The notes below the pieces were generated by a model. It did no database searches, was not told the origin of the DNA, and was given only the letters and a program-made list of their open reading frames with translations. A program made the position numbers and the translations under genes. Below, one piece after another: positions 1-8,252 of a stretch of DNA of 45,249 nt; position 1 is the first letter of the stretch; each line of letters begins with the position of its first letter. Where the stretch lies: the NCBI GenBank assembly GCA_045046875.1, contig JASFYY010000027.1:1-45249 (forward strand), in the 5' to 3' direction. The DNA comes from Verrucomicrobiota bacterium. Lineage in GTDB: Bacteria > Verrucomicrobiota > Verrucomicrobiia > Verrucomicrobiales > DEV007.

Positions 1-99
1 CGACATCGCATTTTGATCAACTACCGCGCCGAAGCAGAAAACATCAATGTCGATCAAGTGATCGAACGCTTGTTGGAAGCTGTTGCTGAGAAGAGCTGA
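1..99 (+). CDS. 3' end of a MoxR-family AAA+ ATPase (partial)
   Basis: Frame 1 reads RHRILINYRAEAENINVDQVIERLLEAVAEKS*, matching the typical MoxR C-terminal lid (RHRI.LN..AEAE...D.II..LL..V). Not in the ORF track; translated by hand. Confidence 0.75.
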   Translation, partial: RHRILINYRAEAENINVDQVIERLLEAVAEKS

Positions 100-119
100 T
101 CGGACTTAATTCGTACAAG

Positions 120-148
120 TTGACTATTTAACAAACTTAAGACATAAT
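120..148 (+). promoter_or_regulatory. Putative sigma70 promoter for ORF 249..1079
   Basis: TTGACT (120-125), 17 nt spacer, CATAAT (143-148). Confidence 0.5.
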
Positions 149-248
149 TCCTCTAAGTGAATCTGGGTAGTCGCAGATATTCAGATCTAACTAAAGTTTT
201 GCCTTTAGTTGCTCCAACAAAACCTTCCTTGTAGAAAACACAATTAAC

Positions 249-1079
249 ATGGGCTTTTCTTTTCGCAGTCTCTACGCTGATGACCAAGACGCACCAGTCC
301 GTCGTGTTCCGGATTCGATCAGAACCGGTGAGCGGCTTTCCCCATCCCTTGCTCGCCGATCACTCGATCCTACAGCTGAAGCTCGCCGCCAATCCATGCC
401 TACTGGCATTCCCGGACCACTCAAGTCCGGCCCAATAAGCCAAATCCCAGCAAAACCGGCTGATGCCCCAACTGCAGCCCGGGTAAAAATTCCTGAGCAC
501 GGCGACGAGGACAGTGTTTTCTATTCTCTGGACAGTTTACAAGCTGAATCAACTGTAGCCCCGCCCCTTCAGGGATCACAGCAAAAGGAAGTGCCGGCAT
601 GCGTCCCAGAAACGGTCACCCTAGTGGAACCCTCAACTTATCCAGACAATTCTAGCGCAGTTGCAAAAGACCACTGCGCCGCTCAAATCCAACTGCGGGC
701 GATTTTTTCGACCAACGCTGCTTTCACTTTGGATAACATTGCTACGTTAACCGCACAGCTTCCTGGAGTAAGTAACTGCCTATTAAAGAGTTGCGAGCGT
801 TCAGTCCTGGCTACGACTGAGTCAGAGAGTGTTGAAACTATCGAAGATCATCAAAATCCCCCCCAGCCCGAGGCTTTTGCTGCAGCGCTCGAATTGCTTG
901 GCCAGGCCACAGTGGACGGTATTTTATTACGCTCGACAAGCGGATCAGTCTCTTGTTTTTCAAATGCAGGTTTCTCTCTCATGGCACGTCATGAGGCAGA
1001 AAACCCTCCCGCTGGTTTATGGGAAAAATTATTTCTCATCACCCAGGCGGGATCCAAATTGGGATGTAAGATAAAATAG
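249..1079 (+). CDS. Hypothetical protein: Pro/Ser-rich N-terminus, possible roadblock/LC7-like C-terminal domain
   Basis: 276 aa ORF with an upstream promoter. The C-terminal segment (LRAIF...QLPGVSNCLL...) has an alpha/beta pattern reminiscent of roadblock domains; domain call is weak. Confidence 0.55.
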   Translation: MGFSFRSLYADDQDAPVRRVPDSIRTGERLSPSLARRSLDPTAEARRQSMPTGIPGPLKSGPISQIPAKPADAPTAARVKIPEHGDEDSVFYSLDSLQAESTVAPPLQGSQQKEVPACVPETVTLVEPSTYPDNSSAVAKDHCAAQIQLRAIFSTNAAFTLDNIATLTAQLPGVSNCLLKSCERSVLATTESESVETIEDHQNPPQPEAFAAALELLGQATVDGILLRSTSGSVSCFSNAGFSLMARHEAENPPAGLWEKLFLITQAGSKLGCKIK

Positions 1080-1103
1080 TTAAACTGCTGACCGCAATAC
1101 GTT

Positions 1104-1194
1104 TCGCCCTTTGCAGGGCTGGGAGAGTTGGGTTTTTTACCCAGCGCGAAGCGCTGGGGTTAAATCGTTTTTATTGCCAGCCCTATAAGGGCGA
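1104..1194. repeat. REP/MITE-like triple-hairpin palindromic element
   Basis: Terminal inverted repeats TCGCCCT-ttgc-AGGGCTGG (1104-1122) and CCAGCCCT-ata-AGGGCGA (1177-1194), each itself a hairpin, around a central hairpin CCCAGCGC-gaa-GCGCTGGG (1140-1158). Confidence 0.7.
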
Positions 1195-1374
1195 CATGAT
1201 GTTGAGATGCGATAAGGTAGCTTTCAATAAACAATGGCTAACTATTTTGTCCTGCACCTTCCAAATTGACGGCAGTCATTTGATTCTTTCAATTTGGCCG
1301 AATTTGTGGTAAAATCCTCTCAAATTTGCGAGTAAGATGCTCGCGAACACGCGTGAGGCGTATTTATTCGAATT

Positions 1375-2106
1375 ATGATGGATCTGATTTTCAAAGGCGG
1401 GCCGCTGATGTGGTTACTGCTCGGGTGCAGTATTTTGGCCATCGCCATTGCTCTGGAACGTTATTTTCATTTTCACCGCTCGCGCATCGATGTGGGCGAC
1501 TTGCTTTACGGATTGAGGAACCTGATCCGCAAAAAAAACTTCGCCGAAGCCATCCACGAATGTGCCGGCACCCCCGGCCCGGTCGCCCGGGTGATCCACT
1601 CCGCCATCCTCCACCACGGTGCTCCGCGTGCAGAGTTGAAAGAAATCGTGCAGGAAACCGGGCAATTGGAGATGCCCAAATTGGAAAAACATCTCGCGGT
1701 GCTGCTTTCCATCGCCTACGTCGCTCCTCTGATCGGTTTATTGGGAACTATTCTGGGACTGGTCAATACGTTTGTCCAAGTCAACGCCACCGGCGGATAT
1801 GCCACCGCTACAGAGATCTCCAAAGGCGTTTACGAAAGCCTGATCAGTTCCGCCGCCGGACTGATGGTGGCCGTGCCTACTTTTGTGATTTATTCTTTTC
1901 TCGTCGCCTACGCCAAAACGCTGATGCATGACATGGAGCGCGGTGGCATCGAGATCGTCAATATCATCGTCGAAAACCGCGATCATCACTCCGAGATCAT
2001 CAAATTTGAGCATCAAGACGAACCCGCTGCAAAAACGGGTGACGATGATAGCCATCACGCCAACCACGCTGATGACAGTGAGCGGCGTGAAAACGAGGGC
2101 CACTGA
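1375..2106 (+). CDS. exbB: MotA/TolQ/ExbB proton channel protein
   Basis: GGPLMW N-terminus, APLIGLLGTILG and ISKGVYESLISSAAGLMVAVP transmembrane motifs; coupled to exbD. Confidence 0.9.
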   Translation: MMDLIFKGGPLMWLLLGCSILAIAIALERYFHFHRSRIDVGDLLYGLRNLIRKKNFAEAIHECAGTPGPVARVIHSAILHHGAPRAELKEIVQETGQLEMPKLEKHLAVLLSIAYVAPLIGLLGTILGLVNTFVQVNATGGYATATEISKGVYESLISSAAGLMVAVPTFVIYSFLVAYAKTLMHDMERGGIEIVNIIVENRDHHSEIIKFEHQDEPAAKTGDDDSHHANHADDSERRENEGH

Positions 2107-2519
2107 TGAAACTCGAATCCACTTTACCCACCCGGGCGAACTTTCTCTACTCGGCTCCTGTATTGGACGTGGTATTGCTGCTGCTGATCTTTTTCCTGCT
2201 CGGTTCCAATTTTATTCTCAAATCAGGCATTTCCGTAGAGGTTCCCTTTTCTAATTCCAGCCTGCCCTCCATCGACCGTTCCCACATCATCACTTTGGCA
2301 CCTGGTGAAAGTTCGCGCATTTTTTTCAACGAAGACCGCGTTACTCTGGACGAACTGAACGAACGTCTCGAGAAAAACGCCGCCACTGACAAAGTTCACC
2401 AAGTGATCATACGAGCTGATCAATCAGCGACTTTTGGATCCGTCATCGAAATCTCCAACCTTGTCCTGCGTCACGGCTACGACCTGGTTTATGCCACCAG
2501 TTCAGAAAGCGGGGATTAA
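2106..2519 (+). CDS. exbD: ExbD/TolR biopolymer transport protein
   Basis: APVLDVVLLLLIFFLL transmembrane helix with conserved Asp, VIIRADQSA motif; TGATG overlap with exbB. Confidence 0.9.
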   Translation: MKLESTLPTRANFLYSAPVLDVVLLLLIFFLLGSNFILKSGISVEVPFSNSSLPSIDRSHIITLAPGESSRIFFNEDRVTLDELNERLEKNAATDKVHQVIIRADQSATFGSVIEISNLVLRHGYDLVYATSSESGD

Positions 2520-2524
2520 TAGCC

Positions 2525-3061
2525 ATGCCAGGCAAAGCAAATAGAAAACTGGCGGCTAGGGCAGAGGACGCTGATGGATTTCTTTTTTCCTGGTCCCGCA
2601 AACACCCTGGTACTTTTTGGCTTTGGGGATTCCTGATCCTCTCTTTGTTATTGCACGCTACGGGTTTTTATCTTTTCCAAGTGGTTTATCCCTCCTCGGG
2701 ACGGGTCGAACCCTTCCCCTCCCGGGTATTGATCCTCGACGAAAAAAATCCGGCTAATGCCATTTTGTTACAAGAATTGAATGATCGTCTGGCTTTTCTC
2801 CAACCTGCTTCCAACGGATCTTCCGGTCGCAAAAAATTGGGTGACTTTTCAGTTTCATTCCGCCCCTCCTTTCTCAACCGAAACCCTCCTTTTAAAAAAC
2901 CCACGACAGGGAAATCTAACAAAATCAAAGCTGCAGCCATGGGCTTGCCAGCGCAATCAACGATTTTTCCTCCGTTTAATCTGCAACACTCTCTTTTCCC
3001 CCCCGTTAAAAAAACGGCTACGAATGCAACCGGGGCGGCAGTCAAAAAGTCCGCAAAATAA
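2525..3061 (+). CDS. Single-TM membrane protein with TonB/TolA-type SxxxH helix
   Basis: Directly follows exbD; TM segment FLILSLLLHATGFYLF; Pro/Lys-rich remainder. Confidence 0.6.
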   Translation: MPGKANRKLAARAEDADGFLFSWSRKHPGTFWLWGFLILSLLLHATGFYLFQVVYPSSGRVEPFPSRVLILDEKNPANAILLQELNDRLAFLQPASNGSSGRKKLGDFSVSFRPSFLNRNPPFKKPTTGKSNKIKAAAMGLPAQSTIFPPFNLQHSLFPPVKKTATNATGAAVKKSAK

Positions 3062-3076
3062 CAGCGCCAGATCACT

Positions 3077-3316
3077 ATGTTTCGCGTCACCCTTAGTCAC
3101 CTGATCCTCATTTACATGGCTGTGCTGCTGGGCATCCTGTGTTTTGCCTGGTTGATTGGAGAAGTGATCAGGTTCCGTCAGGATAACCGTAAAAGGCGTT
3201 CGATGGTGGTATGTGATATATGTGGACACAGTTTTGAAGACCCCTCCGAACGCGAACTTTTGACCTGCCCCAGCTGTGGACGCCTAAACGAACGTGGCAA
3301 AGTGAGGGAAATTTAG
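3077..3316 (+). CDS. Small membrane-anchored zinc-ribbon protein
   Basis: N-terminal TM helix followed by CDIC...CPSC (two CxxC pairs); same strand and closely spaced with upstream genes. Confidence 0.7.
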   Translation: MFRVTLSHLILIYMAVLLGILCFAWLIGEVIRFRQDNRKRRSMVVCDICGHSFEDPSERELLTCPSCGRLNERGKVREI

Positions 3317-3413
3317 CCCAACTGAGCCCAGCAAGCACAAATTGCCCTTGCAATGAGGGTGAAAGCGTGGTGAATATTAGCCACTCCCCCCGCCCACAAA
3401 CGATAGGATTATT

Positions 3414-4661
3414 ATGGAACGAAGAGTCGTCATCACAGGTATTGGTGTTTTGTCACCGATAGGAAATCAATTGGATACTTTCTGGGAAAACCTGATCGCC
3501 GGAAAAAGCGGTATTCAACTACTCGATGCGCTCGATACCGAGGCATATGGCTGTAAAATCGGAGGGCAGGTAAAAGATTTTGATCCCGCCCCGTTTTTTG
3601 CTTCGCATAAGGACGCACGTCGCGCTGACCGTTTCACTCAGCTGGGAGTGGCCGGTGCCAAAATGGCTTTGGAGGATTGCGGAGTGGATTTTGATCAAGT
3701 TGATCGCGATCGTTTTGGAGTCATGGTCGGCAGCGGTATCGGTGGTTTGGGAACTTTGGAAAAACAACACGCCACCTTGCTCAGCCGGGGTGCCTCGAAA
3801 GTATCTCCCTTCACCATTCCGATGATGATTGCCAATATTGCCAGCGGCATCATTTCCATCGATTTTAACTTGCGCGGACCCAACATGTGCATCGTCACCG
3901 CTTGCGCCACGGCCAACCACAACATCGGCGAAGCTTGGCGCATGATCAAATTTGATGACGCCGACATCTTTGTCGCCGGCGGCTCCGAAGCCTCGATCAC
4001 CCCGATGGGGCTGGCGGGTTTTGGCAACATGAAAGCGCTGAGCACCCGCAACGATGAACCCGAGAGAGCTTCGCGGCCATTTGATACCGGCCGTGACGGT
4101 TTTGTCATGGGTGAAGGCGCTGGCACCGTGGTGATCGAAGAACTGGAACACGCCAAAAAACGTGGCGCTCGTATTTATTGTGAACTGACTGGCTACGGCG
4201 TCTCAGCTGACGCTTACCATTTGACCTCTCCGCACCCAGAAGGAGACGGCGCCAAGCGCTGCATGCAGATGGCCTTGAAACACTCACGCTTGAACCCCGA
4301 ACAAGTTGATTATGTCAACGCCCACGGGACCTCCACCAGCATGGGTGATGTGTGTGAAACCAAAGCGATCAAAAAAACTTTTGGTGATCATGCCAACAAT
4401 GGTTTGATGGTGAGCTCGACCAAATCCATGACCGGTCACTTATTGGGTGCCGCAGGTGGAGTGGAACTGGCCGCATGTATCAAAGCGATCAACGAAGGCA
4501 TCATCCCGCCAACGATCAACCTTGAGAACCCCGACCCACAATGTGACCTCGACTACGTGCCGAATGTCGCAAGGGAAGTCAAAATCGATACGGCCTTGAG
4601 CAATTCGTTTGGTTTCGGAGGTCACAACGCCTCACTTTTGATCAAACGTTACGACGGCTGA
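3414..4661 (+). CDS. fabF: 3-oxoacyl-ACP synthase II
   Basis: RRVVITGIG, TACAT (catalytic Cys), NAHGTST, SSTKSMTGHLLGAAG, SNSFGFGGHN. Confidence 0.97.
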   Translation: MERRVVITGIGVLSPIGNQLDTFWENLIAGKSGIQLLDALDTEAYGCKIGGQVKDFDPAPFFASHKDARRADRFTQLGVAGAKMALEDCGVDFDQVDRDRFGVMVGSGIGGLGTLEKQHATLLSRGASKVSPFTIPMMIANIASGIISIDFNLRGPNMCIVTACATANHNIGEAWRMIKFDDADIFVAGGSEASITPMGLAGFGNMKALSTRNDEPERASRPFDTGRDGFVMGEGAGTVVIEELEHAKKRGARIYCELTGYGVSADAYHLTSPHPEGDGAKRCMQMALKHSRLNPEQVDYVNAHGTSTSMGDVCETKAIKKTFGDHANNGLMVSSTKSMTGHLLGAAGGVELAACIKAINEGIIPPTINLENPDPQCDLDYVPNVAREVKIDTALSNSFGFGGHNASLLIKRYDG

Positions 4662-4860
4662 AAGGTTTGTTAGATCAACGCCTTTAGTTTGAAAGCGGAG
4701 ATATATTGACCATCGCTAGCTTACTTACCTTTGCCAAGGGGGGGATGAAAGTGGTGAGCAGGCAGCTTTTTTGATTCAAACCTGGTTCTAGTTTTGACTG
4801 GCATCGATTAACAAATATGGAAATTTGTTTTACGTCAGTCTATGTTCCGCAGGTGTTGGG

Positions 4861-6564
4861 ATGATGGATATGAATTTGAACAAATTATGGTTTTGGCCTT
4901 GGTTGGCAGCTTTGTCGAGCGGGGTATTGCTTGCTTTGTGTTACCCCACCTGGGATATCAGCGCTTTGATCTGGTTTTGGGCTTTGCCTTTGTTGGCAGC
5001 ATTGTGGTTTTCTGAACCGGGCACGAAAAAAGACGGACGAGCTCGCAGCCGGGTTTGGCGGGGTTGGTGGCTGGGTTATCTCAGCGGCCTGGCTTTTTTC
5101 CTGATCAATCTGAGTTGGCTGGTCGAGGTTAGTGGAGTGGGGGCGGTGGCGCTTCCGGCTTATCTCGCGGCGTATTTTGGCTTTTGGGGGGCTTTTGCGG
5201 CTACGGTTGGGCGGTGGGATGCGTCTCATTCATCTATGGGTGGTGAGGGGTTGAGCAAATGGCAGAAGGTTTTTGCGCCTTCGTGGGCGGTTCTGCGGGT
5301 GGCTTTTCTGAATGGGGCGATGTGGTGTGGGATGGAGTGGCTGAGAGGGGTGGCTTTCACGGGTTTGCCTTGGAATGGTCTTGGGGTGGCGCTGCATAAT
5401 AATCTCTACCTGATCCAGATCGCTGATATCATCGGGGCGACGGGTTTGTCCTTTGTGATGATGTTTTGTTCCTGTGTGGCTTTGGCGACCAGTTTTCGTC
5501 TGGTGCAGGAATTTGGCAAACGCGGCTTGCGACCACATCTGGATTTCACTGTGGCGGTGGCGATGATCATGGGGATTTTTCTTTATGGCCTGAATCGTAT
5601 CAACCAGAAACCGGGTGAGACCAAAGACATACGCGCGTTGTTGGTTCAGTTGAATGTGCCGATCGACAAAGTGTGGGATGATCAAGCTCTCGCTAAAAAT
5701 TTGGATGAGTATTATAACTTAACCACGGCTTATGTAGAGTCGTCCGATTACGATCTGGTGGTTTGGCCGGAGACTTCTTTGCCCGGACGGTACTTTTATC
5801 CCTGGGTGCAGACCTTTTTGAATCAGGTTTTGGTAAGCGGGGATTTTTATCTATTGGCGGGACTCGAAGAGGAGGTTCAACCGGGGGAGTTGTATAATGT
5901 GGCGACGCTGATGAAAGGATCGACCAGGAATTATCAGATGTATCGCAAGTCGCACCTGGTTCCTTTTGGTGAATACCTGCCCTTGCGTGGAGTGTTTCCG
6001 CCCTTTGAATGGATCGCCGGGGATTTGATACCGGCGGATTTTCAGGCAGGTAAAAGCTTCGAACCTTTAAAGCTGGGTGGAGGGGAGGATGGAGAAGAGT
6101 GGCAGATCATTCCTCTGATTTGTTTTGAGGATACCATTGGCAGTTTGGCGCGGAAGTTTGTGCGGCCTAACGTGCCTCAGTTGATTGTCAATGTGACCAA
6201 TGACGGCTGGTTTTGGGAGAGCTCGGAATCTGCCCAACATCTTGCCAATGCCCGTTTCCGCTGCATCGAGCTGCGCCGTCCGATGATCCGTGCGGCGAAC
6301 ACTGGGGTGAGCTGTTTTATTGATGAGGTGGGAAGTTTGTATGATCGTGAATCCAAGCAGGCCTTCGAGCGTAAAATTGTCGATGATGTGAGCGGCAGCA
6401 CTTTTGTCACCGGCACATTGCCAGGAACGGTTAGGATGCAGAAAAATCCCCCGATGACAATTTACGCGCGTTTTGGCGAGTGGTTCTCGATCAGTATGGG
6501 AGCTTTTGCGCTTTTTTCAGCTCTATTGAAAGCTTGGGGTGGCAGACGTGGGAAAGAGATGTAA
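4861..6564 (+). CDS. lnt: Apolipoprotein N-acyltransferase
   Basis: Multi-TM N-terminus and nitrilase triad WPET / YRKSHLVPFGEY / LICFED, plus NVTNDGWF and RAANTGVS. Start placed at ATG 4861 (ORF track opens at 4825). Confidence 0.95.
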   Translation: MMDMNLNKLWFWPWLAALSSGVLLALCYPTWDISALIWFWALPLLAALWFSEPGTKKDGRARSRVWRGWWLGYLSGLAFFLINLSWLVEVSGVGAVALPAYLAAYFGFWGAFAATVGRWDASHSSMGGEGLSKWQKVFAPSWAVLRVAFLNGAMWCGMEWLRGVAFTGLPWNGLGVALHNNLYLIQIADIIGATGLSFVMMFCSCVALATSFRLVQEFGKRGLRPHLDFTVAVAMIMGIFLYGLNRINQKPGETKDIRALLVQLNVPIDKVWDDQALAKNLDEYYNLTTAYVESSDYDLVVWPETSLPGRYFYPWVQTFLNQVLVSGDFYLLAGLEEEVQPGELYNVATLMKGSTRNYQMYRKSHLVPFGEYLPLRGVFPPFEWIAGDLIPADFQAGKSFEPLKLGGGEDGEEWQIIPLICFEDTIGSLARKFVRPNVPQLIVNVTNDGWFWESSESAQHLANARFRCIELRRPMIRAANTGVSCFIDEVGSLYDRESKQAFERKIVDDVSGSTFVTGTLPGTVRMQKNPPMTIYARFGEWFSISMGAFALFSALLKAWGGRRGKEM

Positions 6565-6649
6565 AATTCGCGTCAAAGTAGAAAGCTACAGCCTACCTCA
6601 TTACCTGCTAAAGCTTGACGGAGACTTGTCTCGGCGTTTAGCTTGAAAT

Positions 6650-8248
6650 ATGAAAGTTAAATTAGTGGTTTTGGCGATGTGTTTGGGTTTTACGCAACAT
6701 CACGCAGGAGGGCAGGAAACAAGCATGCTGGTAGATGCGCAAGGTCGTCAGATCGAAGCCCGGATTAGGAGTGTTAGCGATGGGGAAGTCACTATCAAGC
6801 GCGGTGATGGTCGAACCTTCACTCTTGGGGTAGATAAGTTTGACCTCAGAACCCAACATATGCTGAGGAATTGGAATGAACGGGATGTTCTGGCTCGCAC
6901 CTTAGGTGCCACCCTTAAAGCGGTTGAAATTAGATCAACAGTGCACGGGGCAAATAATTTAACGGCACTGTATTTTCGTAACTCGGCAGGTAAGGCGCTG
7001 ATAGACAACAACCGTATTAGCGAGTCGATCAAGTATTTATTGGAGACGGCAGACTTGTGGGCAAAAACCAGATCGTCAGATTGGGGGGCGCATCAAGCTG
7101 CTCATTTGTTGGGTTTTGCCATGCTGTTGAAGCAAGCAGATGAAGATGGGGAAAAACTGTTGGTGGAGGGTTTGGAAGGGATGTTACAAACTCAAAAAAA
7201 ATTGAAAAATCCGAAGGGGGTCACATTGATGATGAGTGAGTCTACGGAAAGAGTATTCCGCTACTTCGAAGCAAAAAGCACTGAGGAAAGTAAGCGTTGG
7301 AAGCAGGTTAATGAGAGCTTTCAAGCACAGGTGGCAGCTAAAGAAAAGATGCCTATGGATTTGGGGCGTTTGAAAAAACGGACAACAGCTCATTTTATTT
7401 TAGCCTCTCCGTATTCGAGCATTGGGGATTATACTCGAACGGCAGAAAAGACTTGGGAAGAATTGGCCAAGGTGATTCCTTCTTTAGTCAGCGATTTTGA
7501 AAAAGGCTATTTTAGAACCCCTAATGGGCAAAAAGGCTCATTGGATCAGTATAATGAAGATGGCCAGTTTAAATTCCTATTGGTGTTGGCAGACAAAAAA
7601 ACACTGGATCCGATCACTGGTAGTTATTTAGAGACTTTAACCGATGCAAGAGAACGCAAAGCGGCGACTGATTTGGCTGCTTATAATGGTTTCGTCGAGG
7701 ATGTGAAGAACCGTTTTTTAGTGGCCAAAGTGAGTGACCCTAAATCCTATACGGATCCAAATGATAACTTTACTTTTAATCGCTTGATACACAATGTGCC
7801 GTCGGCTTTGCTCAAGTTGACCTTGCGAACAAAGAACGAACCGCATTGGTTGAGCTCAGGTATTGGTTACCATTTTGAGCACCAGCTAACCGGAGTAGCA
7901 TCGGTTCACTACAGTAACATGAATTTTAATCAGGCAGGATTAAGGAGATATACTGATTGGCATGATGCGGTTAGGAACCTTGTAAGAGGAGGAAGCAAGC
8001 CTAATATCAAACGTATGATTTGGGGAGGGGATCGTCAGGCTGAAGATTATGGTTTCCTGTGGGCTTTGGCGGAATTGTTGCTTTCGACCCCGGAAAAACA
8101 AGCTCAATTGGGTGATTTTATTCTTCAACAACGTCAAAACCGTGTTTATATGAATGAAAAAGAGGTTGCCTTGTGGTTTGGATACGAAGATCCGGAAGCG
8201 ATGGGGCGAGCGCTTAGCTTTTTTATTCTGAGTAAAGCTTTCGACTGA
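6650..8248 (+). CDS. Secreted hypothetical protein with N-terminal SHD1-like domain and degenerate zincin-like C-terminus
   Basis: Signal peptide; DAQGRQIEARIRSVSDGEVTIKRGDGRTFTL resembles SHD1; later LIHNVPSALL...PHWLSSGIGYHFE. Confidence 0.6.
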   Translation: MKVKLVVLAMCLGFTQHHAGGQETSMLVDAQGRQIEARIRSVSDGEVTIKRGDGRTFTLGVDKFDLRTQHMLRNWNERDVLARTLGATLKAVEIRSTVHGANNLTALYFRNSAGKALIDNNRISESIKYLLETADLWAKTRSSDWGAHQAAHLLGFAMLLKQADEDGEKLLVEGLEGMLQTQKKLKNPKGVTLMMSESTERVFRYFEAKSTEESKRWKQVNESFQAQVAAKEKMPMDLGRLKKRTTAHFILASPYSSIGDYTRTAEKTWEELAKVIPSLVSDFEKGYFRTPNGQKGSLDQYNEDGQFKFLLVLADKKTLDPITGSYLETLTDARERKAATDLAAYNGFVEDVKNRFLVAKVSDPKSYTDPNDNFTFNRLIHNVPSALLKLTLRTKNEPHWLSSGIGYHFEHQLTGVASVHYSNMNFNQAGLRRYTDWHDAVRNLVRGGSKPNIKRMIWGGDRQAEDYGFLWALAELLLSTPEKQAQLGDFILQQRQNRVYMNEKEVALWFGYEDPEAMGRALSFFILSKAFD

Positions 8249-8252
8249 GCCG

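Noticed and set aside
1326..1931. 201 aa Arg-rich ORF overlapping exbB
   Set aside because: Alternative frame of a well-supported gene; composition typical of off-frame translation
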